Source of the DNA: Candidatus Methanomethylicia archaeon
GTDB taxonomy: Archaea > Thermoproteota > Methanomethylicia > Nezhaarchaeales > B40-G2
NCBI GenBank assembly: GCA_029259155.1
Contig: JAPDJI010000035.1
Coordinates: 1 to 24,617, forward strand
DNA: 24,617 bases
Reading direction: 5' to 3'
Positions within the stretch are counted from its first letter, which is position 1, and every line of letters starts with the position of its first letter. Shown here piece after piece: positions 1 through 9,167 of this stretch. The translations under genes and the position numbers were made by a program. The notes beneath the pieces were generated by a model that saw only the letters and a program-made list of their open reading frames with translations, was not told the DNA's origin and ran no database searches.

Positions 1-2
1 AT

Positions 3-251
3 AGCCTTGAGCGGATGTTCCTGGTTCGTGAAGGCTTATCTAGGAAGGACGACTACTTACCCGAACGCTACTACAAGGAACCTACACCTACAGGGCTGCC
101 CATAGCGAAGGGCAGGTATATTGACCGTGCAGAGTTCGACAAGATGCTCGACGAGTACTACGACCTACACGGCTGGGACCGCAACGGCATACCTAAGCCT
201 GAAACCCTTCAGAGGCTACGGCTCGACAAAGAGCCAAGCCATAAACTATGA
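3..251 (+). CDS. Aldehyde:ferredoxin oxidoreductase (AOR, W/Mo-pterin) family protein, C-terminal fragment (5'-truncated by window edge)
   Basis: Frame is open from position 3 (SLERMFLVREG...). LERxFxxREG-x4-DDxLPxR...P and ML.EYY..HGWD..G.P..ETL.RL.L match the AOR-family C-terminal domain. Stop TGA at 249-251. Confidence 0.88.
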   Translation, partial: SLERMFLVREGLSRKDDYLPERYYKEPTPTGLPIAKGRYIDRAEFDKMLDEYYDLHGWDRNGIPKPETLQRLRLDKEPSHKL

Positions 252-313
252 AGCCCGCGCTGCGTAGTGAAGCTTAAAACCTCTAACTCTTTATAGGTTC
301 TCGGCGATCATAG

Positions 314-1347
314 ATGCCTAAGCAAGTAGTTAAGGTAGCTGTGAACGGTTATGGGGTAATAGGTAAGCGTGTCGTAGATGCTGTATTGAAGCAGCAGGAT
401 ATGAAGCTCATCGGGGTAGGCGACGTAGCCACTGACTGGCGCGTTAAGATGGCGGCTCGGCGAGGCCTAGCTATCTACGCCTCTATCCCCGATAGAGCTG
501 AAGATATGCGTAGAGCAGGAATCGACGTGGCTGGTACAATAGATGATCTTCTAAAGGAGGTAGATGTGGTAGTAGACTGCACGCCAGCTAAGATAGGGGC
601 CAAGAATAAGGAGGTCTACGCTAAGGCTGGCGTCAAAGGCATATTTGAAGGCGGAGAGAAGCATGAGGTAGCTGGCGTCAGCTTCGTAGCTCAATGTAAC
701 TACGACGAATCTTACGGAAAACCCTTCACGAGAGTAGTGAGCTGCAACACGACGGCGCTATGTAGGGTGTTGGGAGCCATCCATAAAAACTACGGGATAA
801 AAAAGGTCAGAGTAGTCATTGTGCGTAGGGCGGTGGATGTCTGGGAGTCCGGTAGGACAGGCATCATGAACACCGTGGTCCCTGAGATGGGAGTCAGCCA
901 CCATGCCCCCGACGTGAAGACTGTGCTCCACGACCTGGACATTGTTAGCATGGCAGCTAAAGGCTCCCATAACCTATTCCACATGCACTTTGCCATCCTT
1001 GAACCCAAGACTAAGTTATCGAAGGAAGACATCGTTAGAGTCCTACAAGAGGAGCCTCGAGTAGTATTGTCAGAGGCTCTGACGGCGTCGATGGTCTACA
1101 CGCTATCTTCGAGATAGGTAGGGATACTGGCCGACCTAGAGGAGATATCTACGAGATCCCTGTATGGGAGGACGGGATCATGGTTCTAGGCGACGAAGTA
1201 TACTTAATGTGGGCTACCCCTAACGAAAGCAACGTTGTTCCAGAGAACATCGACGCTATAAGGAGCCTAACTCAGCTAGAGTCTGACTGGCGGAGGTCTG
1301 TGGAGCTAACCGATAAAGCCATGGGCATAGTGAAGTCTCTGTATTAA
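314..1347 (+). pseudogene. gap: Glyceraldehyde-3-phosphate dehydrogenase type II (archaeal), interrupted by a 1-nt frameshift near 1067-1069 (pseudogene or sequencing error)
   Basis: VAVNGYGVIGKRV Rossmann motif, VVDCTP, catalytic VVSCNTT and SHHAPDV are present. The listed ORF stops at 1117. The frame starting at 1069 continues VRGSDGVDGLHAIFEIGRDTGRPRGDIYEIPVWEDG...ESNVVPENIDAIRSL...GIVKSLY* (TAA 1345-1347), the expected GAPDH-II C-terminus. Restoring one base gives 344 aa. Confidence 0.92.
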
Positions 1348-1362
1348 CCCTACTTCTATCTT

Positions 1363-2133
1363 TTATTGAAGGGATCTTAAGATAGTTTCCAACCCTTTGA
1401 GCTTACAGGGGAAGTTTATCTTTATAGGGGTTATAGTTAAAGCTCCCTCCTTAACAGCCTCTACATCAGAGCCTGGATCGTCAGGGTAGACGTCCAGCGT
1501 CCAAGATTTGATGATGTAGCCTCCATCTTCCTCTACGTGTAGGTCTCTATAAGGCTTCAGTGAGAGCTTCGTTACCTTCACAGGCGTAGAGCCTAGCCTA
1601 AACCCTTTAGGGACGTTAACTGATAGGACATCTACGCCTCTTGGCATGCCGTTTTTAAGCACCGACTCAGCTAACCGCTTTGTCACCTCGGCAGCTGCAC
1701 TTAAATCATCTATTACCAGTTCCTCTCCTTCTCCTCTAACCATACAGTATGACACGGCTATGGAAGGTATACCTCTTAGAGCAGCCTCAAAGGCAGCTCC
1801 CAGAGTCCCGGAATCCAATGCATCGTCCATTCCTAGGTTAGGCCCAAGGTTTATACCGGATATTAGTAACCTCGGTTTACGTCTTAGCAGTTTATTTAGA
1901 GCTATCAAGACAGAGTCCGCCGGAGTTCCACTTACGGCATATGCCAGCTTTCCGTCAGCCATCCTAGTCTTCCTCACCTTTATCACCCTGCCCGCCGTTA
2001 TGGCCTTACCGATGCAACTGTACTCCCTGTCTGGCGAAACCACCATCACTTTGCCGAGCTCTTCAAGTGCTTTCCTTGCAGCTAAAAGCCCCGGTGAGCG
2101 TATACCATCGTCGTTAGTGAGAAGTATATTCAA
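1363..2133 (-). CDS. surE: 5'/3'-nucleotidase SurE
   Basis: ILLTNDDG, SGTPADS, SGINLGPN and SGTLGAAFEA motifs; TTG start preceded by the SD-like sequence GGAGGGAGG. Confidence 0.95.
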   Translation of the reverse strand: MNILLTNDDGIRSPGLLAARKALEELGKVMVVSPDREYSCIGKAITAGRVIKVRKTRMADGKLAYAVSGTPADSVLIALNKLLRRKPRLLISGINLGPNLGMDDALDSGTLGAAFEAALRGIPSIAVSYCMVRGEGEELVIDDLSAAAEVTKRLAESVLKNGMPRGVDVLSVNVPKGFRLGSTPVKVTKLSLKPYRDLHVEEDGGYIIKSWTLDVYPDDPGSDVEAVKEGALTITPIKINFPCKLKGLETILRSLQ

Positions 2134-2273
2134 CCTAACCTCCCTCCTAGGCTTAAAGTCTCCAGCTCAATAGGGGACCACGTTGAGAAAGGGTAGAATC
2201 TATATTAATCCTTATGGTACACCTTCCGCTCAAATTTGGATGTCCGTGAGGATACCATGAAGGGTTTGGAAGC

Positions 2274-5129
2274 TTAGTCCCAAAAGACCCTCGTAGCGGC
2301 GTATTCCCTTTCAGCCTCAAGTATATCTAAGTAGAACTCGTCGTCGCTTCTATGAGGTTTACCTAAGATCCTTGCCGCGGTTTGAGGCCCAACACCTTTA
2401 GCGGCCATCGCCACGACGGCTCGTTTACCGTAAGTCAGCACTAAGCCAGCTGAATGTTGACCTCGTCGAAGGATCTCTCGCTCCTCCTTGGTCAATCTGG
2501 TTTTCCTCAAGTGTTTACGTAGAACCTTGCTTAATTCTTCGTCTCCTTTCCAGGTTACTGCGATAAACTTAGCACCGCACTTTGGGCACTTAATCTCTTC
2601 AGGTAGGTAACCCACCTTCCTCACAGACTCCCAGTTACCACAGTACATGCATATTAGCTTCACATCTTTCTCCATCAACCTCTGCTTCAATAGATCCAAG
2701 AGCACCTTAACAGGTTTGGCTGGCGGTATAAGGCCGTGAGGCGTAGCTAGGTCTATGATCGAGTAAGCTAACGGTGAAACGCCTACATCGGCGCTGCCCT
2801 CGAAGACTTTAAGGTCTATCTTCTTCTCCGCGATGTTCCTCAAGGTGTCCTTTAACTTAGCCACGTCCAGCTTATCGACGAGCACTTCTTCAATGGCTGC
2901 CCGCTCCATTAAAGTGCCTTCAAGCAGCTTGCTAAGCCTCCTAGCTGCGCTTATCTCCACCCCTCGCTCTACGACTCCGAACCTACGAGCAACATGTAGC
3001 AACCTCCATCTATAGATGTCTGAGTTCTTCACTAATGCATGGATTACCTCGTCTACTTCGTCGTCTCTGATCGATGTCAGCTCCTCAGCAACCATTGCCG
3101 CCTTCACTTCCCTAGGGAAAAGAAGTAGTACACGGTAAGGGTCTGAGCGGTAGCCTACGCTTTCACCCAACCTGCTGCTCATTAAGCCAGCCATTAGGAG
3201 CCCCAGGGTCTCGTTGACTTTAGAGCCTAAGCAAGCATGAATCACGGCCATCCTTCCAAGCCCTTCAACCACTATGCAGCGGTCAGTGGCAAGTGGAACA
3301 CCACTTATGAGCTGTTCCTTCACCATTGTCCAAGCTCTAAGCGAGGCCTCTTCATCTAATGGATAGTCCTTGAACACTTCGCTGGGCTCGAAGTCAGCCT
3401 CCAACGCTTCAGCTACCCTACGTCTTAGTGATCCTACTTCCTGCGCCACCTCGAAGGGTACAGGGATGAGCTCTCCCACCCAGCTCGGTATGGCACCTGC
3501 AACATCGGTTGCTTCCTCTACATAGACCTCCCCTTCGCCCACGCCGTCTAGTCTCCAAGGCTTCCCAGCTAAAATGAAGACCAGGCCTGGTTTTCCATGT
3601 ATTGCCACGAACTCCTCGTCTAACTCGCCTATACGCTTCCTCGATGCCAATTCTATTACTGCGTATCTTCTCGTGTCTGGTATCACGGAGACGTTTTCAA
3701 AGTAATAGGCCCAAGCCTTGTCAGGCCTAGGCTTAATTCTATCGTCAAGCTTCCTAAGAAAGCCTCGCTGCACTAGGTACTCTACGACCGCCTCGAAGTC
3801 TTCCCAGCTGAGTTGGCGATAAAACCAAGCCTGCCTAACGAGATCGTAAGCCTTGTCCAAGGAGACTGAGCCTTTATCTAAGGCAACCCCTACGAGCTGG
3901 TGAGCAAGCACATCTAAAGGTGCTATGTGGACCTCCACGTCCTCCAGCTCTTCCCTCAACGCTTTAGCGGATATTACTATGCTTTCATACACGTCGTCCG
4001 CCGTCATCGCCAACACTATCCCCTTAGGGGCCTCCCATACTCTATGACCTGACCTGCCCACGCGTTGAACTAGGCGTGTCACCTGCCTTGGCGACATGTA
4101 TTGGATGACCAGGTCTACGCGACCTACATCAATGCCTAGCTCCAGTGAACTAGTACACACTAGTGCCTTAACCTCGCCTTCCTTAAGGCCCACCTCAGCC
4201 TCTACTCTAGCCTCTCTGGACAATGAGCCGTGATGTGCTTGCACGTTTAGGTCTGGCCCAGCTGCCTTCAGCCTAGATGCTAATAATTCAGCTGCTTCCC
4301 TTGTGTTGGTAAATACGAGCACTGATCTATGCTCCTCGATGAGCTCTATGATGCGTTTTAGCCTAGAAGCTACTTCAACGCTGACTTTAAGTCTCTCTGC
4401 TAATTTGTTATCCTCGACATGCCTAGGTACTTCAACGTGTAACTCCGTCCCTCTCGGCATCGGTACATAGACAACTCGCACTTCTCTGCCTGAACCTTGA
4501 AGGAACTTTTTCACCTTTCCCGGCGAGCCTATAGTTGCTGAAAGCCCTATGCGCTGGTAGTCGAAGCCTGCAAGCTCCTTCAGCCTTTCTAAGGCAACCG
4601 ATAACTGGACCCCTCTTTTATCTCCCACCAGTTCATGGATCTCGTCGACCACTACCCATTTAACCCATTTAAGGTGCTTTTTCATCACCCTCGCGGGCAG
4701 TAGAATTTGGAGGGTCTCAGGCGTAGTGATTAACATGTCCGGGGGGGTCAACGCCTGTTTTCTACGCTCAGTAGGTGTAGTGTCTCCATGTCTCACAGCC
4801 ACCTTAATCCCAAGTTCCTCTGCCAACTGAGCCATACGTCTTAGGATGTCTCTGTTTAAGGCTCTTAGAGGGGTGACGTATAGGATCGAGGTCCCTCTAC
4901 CTTTAAGGGATGGAGTGCGTAAGAAGAGGTCAAAGATAGGTAGTAACGCTGCTTCCGTCTTCCCAGTGCCTGTTGGGGCGATGAGCAGGACATTCTCACC
5001 CTTAAGGATTAAGGGTATGGTTTGTCGTTGCGGCTCTGTAGCTTCCTTGAAGCCCATGCGCTCTAAGGCTTGTTGAAGAGGTCTGCACAGCAGATTGAAG
5101 GGGTTTTCGGACAGCTCTATCTCCTCCAA
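2274..5129 (-). CDS. lhr: Lhr-family SF2 DEAD/DEAH-box helicase with C-terminal Cys-rich Zn-ribbon
   Basis: APTGTGKT, TPLRALNRD, DEIH, LSAT, HHGSLS, TSSLELGID and QRVGRSGH motifs; C-terminal CMYC...CPKC; 951 aa; TTG start with AAGGAG upstream. Confidence 0.93.
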   Translation of the reverse strand: MEEIELSENPFNLLCRPLQQALERMGFKEATEPQRQTIPLILKGENVLLIAPTGTGKTEAALLPIFDLFLRTPSLKGRGTSILYVTPLRALNRDILRRMAQLAEELGIKVAVRHGDTTPTERRKQALTPPDMLITTPETLQILLPARVMKKHLKWVKWVVVDEIHELVGDKRGVQLSVALERLKELAGFDYQRIGLSATIGSPGKVKKFLQGSGREVRVVYVPMPRGTELHVEVPRHVEDNKLAERLKVSVEVASRLKRIIELIEEHRSVLVFTNTREAAELLASRLKAAGPDLNVQAHHGSLSREARVEAEVGLKEGEVKALVCTSSLELGIDVGRVDLVIQYMSPRQVTRLVQRVGRSGHRVWEAPKGIVLAMTADDVYESIVISAKALREELEDVEVHIAPLDVLAHQLVGVALDKGSVSLDKAYDLVRQAWFYRQLSWEDFEAVVEYLVQRGFLRKLDDRIKPRPDKAWAYYFENVSVIPDTRRYAVIELASRKRIGELDEEFVAIHGKPGLVFILAGKPWRLDGVGEGEVYVEEATDVAGAIPSWVGELIPVPFEVAQEVGSLRRRVAEALEADFEPSEVFKDYPLDEEASLRAWTMVKEQLISGVPLATDRCIVVEGLGRMAVIHACLGSKVNETLGLLMAGLMSSRLGESVGYRSDPYRVLLLFPREVKAAMVAEELTSIRDDEVDEVIHALVKNSDIYRWRLLHVARRFGVVERGVEISAARRLSKLLEGTLMERAAIEEVLVDKLDVAKLKDTLRNIAEKKIDLKVFEGSADVGVSPLAYSIIDLATPHGLIPPAKPVKVLLDLLKQRLMEKDVKLICMYCGNWESVRKVGYLPEEIKCPKCGAKFIAVTWKGDEELSKVLRKHLRKTRLTKEEREILRRGQHSAGLVLTYGKRAVVAMAAKGVGPQTAARILGKPHRSDDEFYLDILEAEREYAATRVFWD

Positions 5130-5309
5130 AGGCTCCTTAAACCGCTCTGGAGTTTCTCTTCACTAAGCTTCATCTTAAACCCTCTCGATCTTCGTCATTG
5201 GCCGGCCGTTTCGTTGCTCCAGGCTAGATAGTCTTGGATAGGAGGGCTACATTCAGCGCAGCAATCAACACTTCGGTGAAGCTGAATCTATGAGGCCTTA
5301 GCTAAGCCT

Positions 5310-6257
5310 CTAACTTACATGCGTATTCAAGTGGCTGAGCCTTATGTTAACCAAGCCCTCAACAAGGCCTTTAAGGTCCAAGCTGCTGATTTTCTTAAGC
5401 CAATTAGCTGGTATTCTTGGGAGGCCCATGTAAGCTCCACATAGACCGCCGGCCATGGAAGCTACGCTGTCAGCGTCTCCTCCCGCGCTTATGGCAATAG
5501 TTAAAGCTGTTGAGAAGTCTCCCTTTGAGGCCTTGAACACGCAGAAGGCTGCTGGAACGGATTCTAAGCTAAGAGAGCTTACACCAACCTCTAAGGGAAG
5601 CAGGTCGGGCAGGTCATCCATGGCGGCATCGTCGGCTAATCTTAAGGCTTTCTTTAACGCCTCCGCTAGGCGTATGTCTAACCTCTCAGCTCCCTCCAAG
5701 GCAGCGTTTAAGACCTCCTCTAAGGTTACGTTTGGCTCTAAAGACCTCGACGTGGCGAAGGCTATGGAAGCAGCAGCCGCTAGTGCTTCACTGGAGCCGT
5801 GAGTGAGTGTGGTGAGCTCTACTACGGTTTCCAAGAGCTCTTGCCTATACCTGTACGGTATGGCTATTCCGATGGGGAAGGCTCGTAGAGCCCCTCCATT
5901 GGTAGCTCCATTAACAGCCCTATAGTTAAGATCCCGCCTGAGCTCCTTTACTGCTTTAAGGGTTGTAGCTCCAGCTCTATGGGCCTTAAGCGACCTTTCC
6001 GTGTCTAAAAGCTTTTGGGCTAGGAATCTTCGTAGGTTTTTATCCCAAGCTTTACAGAGGGCTTCAGCTACGAGTAGGTTTAGCAGGGTATCGTCGGTAA
6101 AGGGCCCTATAGGTTTAGGTTCCAGCAGCTTACCATAATTTTTTCTGATTACACGTCGTGGCAGCCCTTCAAACGGAGACCCTGCTATGTCTCCTAGCAC
6201 TACACCTGCTAAACAGCTGTAGGCTTTACTAAAAAGTTCTCTAAACCTACTTGTCAT
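5310..6257 (-). CDS. ADP-ribosylglycohydrolase (DraG/ARH family)
   Basis: GDIAGSPFEG, TDDT, GATNGGALR, THGS and GGDADSVASMAGGLCGA motifs. Confidence 0.92.
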   Translation of the reverse strand: MTSRFRELFSKAYSCLAGVVLGDIAGSPFEGLPRRVIRKNYGKLLEPKPIGPFTDDTLLNLLVAEALCKAWDKNLRRFLAQKLLDTERSLKAHRAGATTLKAVKELRRDLNYRAVNGATNGGALRAFPIGIAIPYRYRQELLETVVELTTLTHGSSEALAAAASIAFATSRSLEPNVTLEEVLNAALEGAERLDIRLAEALKKALRLADDAAMDDLPDLLPLEVGVSSLSLESVPAAFCVFKASKGDFSTALTIAISAGGDADSVASMAGGLCGAYMGLPRIPANWLKKISSLDLKGLVEGLVNIRLSHLNTHVS

Positions 6258-6276
6258 AAAAATACATGAGTGTGGT

Positions 6277-7458
6277 TTAGATTAGCTCCACGGCCAGTGA
6301 AGTTCCTCCACCTGTTCCATGGCAGAGTGTAGCTAGGCCTCTCTTTAAGCCCTTCACCTTGAGAGCATTAATCAACGTGACCACTATTCTGGCACCACTG
6401 CATCCTACGGGGTGACCGAGCGCTATGGCTCCGCCGAAAACGTTGATCTTGTCGTAGGGGACCCCAAACTTACGGTTGAAGAGAATGTTGTTAGAGGCGA
6501 AGGCCTCGTTAACCTCGAAGAGGTCAAAGTAATTAATATCCACCTTCATGCGTTGAAGCAGCTTTTCAGTAGCGGGCAGAGGACCTTCATTGAAGCGCTG
6601 AGACTCTATGCCTGCCCAAGAGTATCCGATAAGCTTGGCTAAAGGTTTAAGCCCTAGCTCCTTGGCTTTATCTTTGCTTGCCAACACTAGCGCAGCGGCT
6701 CCATCGGATATCTGCGACGAGTTTCCTGCAGTTAATTTGCCATTCGGCCTAAAGGCTGGCCTCAACTTTGCCAGCTTCTCCAACGAGGTGTCACGCCTTA
6801 TGCCTTCATCGTAGTCAAATAGCTCTCCAGCCACCTCGATAGGCACGATCTCGTTCTTAAAATAGCCTTTATCTGTAGCTTCAGCAGCCCTAACGTGGCT
6901 TAGGTAGGCCACGTTATCTAGCTCCTCCTTGGTAATCCCCCAGTTTTCGATGACGTCTTCGGTCTCGTCACCCATGACCCTGTGTGCTATGGAGTCGGTG
7001 AGACCGTCGTGGTACATGGTATCAATCAGCTTCATCTCTCTGCCCAGTAGGAAGCGTATTCCCCACCTTACGCTAGGGTCTATGGCCAGGTAGCTGTGGC
7101 TCATACACTCCATGCCTCCGGCGACGGCTAAGTCGAAGTCCCCAACCATTATGCCTTGGGCTGCGTTGATTATCGCCATCATACCTGAACTGCACACAAG
7201 GTCCACGGTCACGTTATCCACTTCGGGTGGAATTCCGGCCTTCATTGCTGCCTGTCTGGCTGTGTTCTGTCCGTGAGCAGCTCGTATGACGTGTCCCATG
7301 TAAACTATGCCTAGATCCTTGGGATCAATACCAGCCTGCTCTATAGCTGCCTTGATCGCCACGGCCCCGAGGTCATAGGGCTTAAAGTCCTTAAGTTTAC
7401 CCCCGAACCTGCCGATGGGGGTCCTGATAGCACTAACTATCCATACCTCCTGCGCCAT
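6277..7458 (-). CDS. Acetyl-CoA C-acyltransferase (thiolase)
   Basis: RTPIGRFGG, catalytic VCSSG, GGMECMS, AGNSSQISDGAAA, NEAFA, GHPVGCSG and C-terminal CHGTGGG motifs. Confidence 0.95.
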   Translation of the reverse strand: MAQEVWIVSAIRTPIGRFGGKLKDFKPYDLGAVAIKAAIEQAGIDPKDLGIVYMGHVIRAAHGQNTARQAAMKAGIPPEVDNVTVDLVCSSGMMAIINAAQGIMVGDFDLAVAGGMECMSHSYLAIDPSVRWGIRFLLGREMKLIDTMYHDGLTDSIAHRVMGDETEDVIENWGITKEELDNVAYLSHVRAAEATDKGYFKNEIVPIEVAGELFDYDEGIRRDTSLEKLAKLRPAFRPNGKLTAGNSSQISDGAAALVLASKDKAKELGLKPLAKLIGYSWAGIESQRFNEGPLPATEKLLQRMKVDINYFDLFEVNEAFASNNILFNRKFGVPYDKINVFGGAIALGHPVGCSGARIVVTLINALKVKGLKRGLATLCHGTGGGTSLAVELI

Positions 7459-7498
7459 AGAGCCTTCCTCCTCTTTCGGAGGATGTCAATGACGATGA

Positions 7499-7515
7499 TT
7501 TTTTAACTTTTTCTC
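7499..7515 (-). promoter_or_regulatory. Putative BRE-TATA internal promoter for thiolase
   Basis: Minus strand reads GAGAAAAAG-TTAAAAAA, about 40-50 nt upstream of the ATG at 7458. Confidence 0.5.
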
Positions 7516-7523
7516 AAGCTATG

Positions 7524-8939
7524 TTAAAATGGGACGTTAGCTCTGCTTAGATATTCTCCGTACTCCACGAGCGCCTTAAGTGCTTCAACGGCCAGTTCAG
7601 GGGTGGGGAAGGTAGGGATACTTGCTTTCCTAAGGCTTTCCTTCTCTACGTCCCACACTCCATGGGGGTAGCGAAGGCACATCGTCACAGGTTTACCGGT
7701 CTCTCTATGAGAACTGATTATTGCTTCGATCGGTAGGAGCAGGAAGTCCTCTGACCATGAAAATATGTAGTTAACAACCACCGCATCAACGTTTGGATCA
7801 TCGAACACCAGTCTAATCGCCTCTCCACACTTCTCCGGGTCATTGGCTACGAAACCTAGGTCAACGGGGTTTGTCCTGATGGTGAATGGGGGTAATAGCT
7901 TCTTTATCTTACTTACAGTTTCTTCTGTGAACTCTGTCAGCTCTAGCCCTTTAGCTTCACAAGTATCAGCCGCTATTATGCCTAAACCAGCTACTAAGGA
8001 TATTACCGCAACTCTTCGGCCTTTGGCGGGAGGCTGATGTGCTAAGGCATCGGCTTTAGATATTAGTTCAAGGCTTCCGTCAGCTACGACTATGCCTGAC
8101 TGTTTAAAGGCAGCCTTATAAAGTTCATAGTTTCCGGCTAAGGAACCTGTATGGGACTTTGAGGCGGCATCGGCTTTTCTTGACCTTCCAGTTTTAAACG
8201 CGACGATAGGTTTAACCCTCGCAACCCTTCTAGCGGTCTCCATCAACTTCCTGGGCTCATCAATGCCCTCGACATAGAGGGCTATGCTCCTCGTGTCTTC
8301 ATCGTGAGCTAGGTATTCAAGCATATCTGCGAAGTCTACGTTTAGCCTATTACCTAACCCTACGATCTTGCTCATGCCTATGCCCTGCTCCAATATGTAG
8401 GGCATGAGGAGGTGGCATACACCTCCGCTTTGGCTCACTAGCGAAACTACACCTTTCTTTATCCTTGAGAAGGAGGGGGTAAAACCAGCGTTCAGGTCAG
8501 CGTGTAGGTTAACCATACCAAAGGTGTTAGGGCCTATGACCTTCACCTTGCTCTTCTCCGCAATCCTCCTTAACTCTTCTTGAAGCCTAGGGCCTTCTTC
8601 AAGCTCAGCTTCTCTAAGCCCAGCTGTTATTAAAACAGCTCCTTTGACCCCGGCTTCTCTACATTCTTCTAGAACTTCTAAGGCGACCTTAGCGGGCACG
8701 ACAATTATAGCTAGGTCTATCTCTCCTGGGACGTCTTTAAGCGATGAATATGCTTTGAGGCCGAAGATTGACGAGTATCCTGGGTTGATTGGATATATTG
8801 GTCCTTTAAAGCCCCCCTCTATCAAGCTCTTTAAGGCATGATACCCCATCTTCTTCGTGTTTTTAGAGGCACCGACGACTGCAACAGACCGAGGGTAAAA
8901 TAGGAAGGCCAACCTCCGCTTTCCATCTTCTAAACTCAA
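7524..8939 (-). CDS. acdA: Acyl/acetate-CoA ligase (ADP-forming) alpha subunit
   Basis: PRSVAVVGAS CoA-binding domain, IGPNTFG, SQSGG, phospho-His motif SHTGSLAG and NPVDL; no ATP-grasp beta domain (471 aa). Confidence 0.9.
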   Translation of the reverse strand: MSLEDGKRRLAFLFYPRSVAVVGASKNTKKMGYHALKSLIEGGFKGPIYPINPGYSSIFGLKAYSSLKDVPGEIDLAIIVVPAKVALEVLEECREAGVKGAVLITAGLREAELEEGPRLQEELRRIAEKSKVKVIGPNTFGMVNLHADLNAGFTPSFSRIKKGVVSLVSQSGGVCHLLMPYILEQGIGMSKIVGLGNRLNVDFADMLEYLAHDEDTRSIALYVEGIDEPRKLMETARRVARVKPIVAFKTGRSRKADAASKSHTGSLAGNYELYKAAFKQSGIVVADGSLELISKADALAHQPPAKGRRVAVISLVAGLGIIAADTCEAKGLELTEFTEETVSKIKKLLPPFTIRTNPVDLGFVANDPEKCGEAIRLVFDDPNVDAVVVNYIFSWSEDFLLLPIEAIISSHRETGKPVTMCLRYPHGVWDVEKESLRKASIPTFPTPELAVEALKALVEYGEYLSRANVPF

Positions 8940-9092
8940 GGCTTTCCCTAGTGATGTTGAAGAGTAGGAAGCTCTTTAAGCTTGTCAGCTTCTCGAACCT
9001 TCACATCATGCCTAGACGAGCTCTCGCAGAGATTCAACCTATCAGAGTTTAAAATCATATGTGTTAGAAGTTTAGAGAAGTGATCATGGCTC

Positions 9093-9162
9093 TGATGAAG
9101 GTCATGTAGCCTTCATCAAGCATCATCAACTAAGTGAACGACGTCTCTTAGTTGATGCTTGA
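9093..9162. repeat. Two adjacent/overlapping inverted repeats downstream of yqeB
   Basis: TGATGAAGG(9093-9101)/CCTTCATCA(9110-9118) forms 9 bp. CATCAACTAAG(9124-9134)/CTTAGTTGATG(9147-9157) forms 11 bp, extendable by TCAAG(9116-9120)/CTTGA(9158-9162). Confidence 0.75.
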
Positions 9163-9167
9163 GTACC

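Noticed and set aside
1055-1080. Programmed ribosomal frameshift in gap
   Set aside because: No slippery heptamer or long homopolymer at the junction; a simple indel is more parsimonious.
5292-5310. Imperfect palindrome GAGGCCTTAGCTAAGCCTC at the ARH stop
   Set aside because: It is short, built from AGCT/CTAAG-type words that are very common throughout this window, and has no U-tract; not distinguishable from chance.
9092-9120. CTGATGA followed by a stem, resembling a hammerhead ribozyme core or a C box
   Set aside because: No GAAA follows the putative stem II, the CTGATGA is itself base-paired, and no properly spaced CTGA D/D' boxes are present.
9093-9162. SECIS element or selenocysteine recoding suggested by proximity to yqeB
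   Set aside because: The stems lack an unpaired GAA/A archaeal SECIS loop. The TGA stops in the island (9988, 12094, 13843, 18127, 18594) are ordinary ends overlapping the next gene. YqeB systems use non-Sec selenium.
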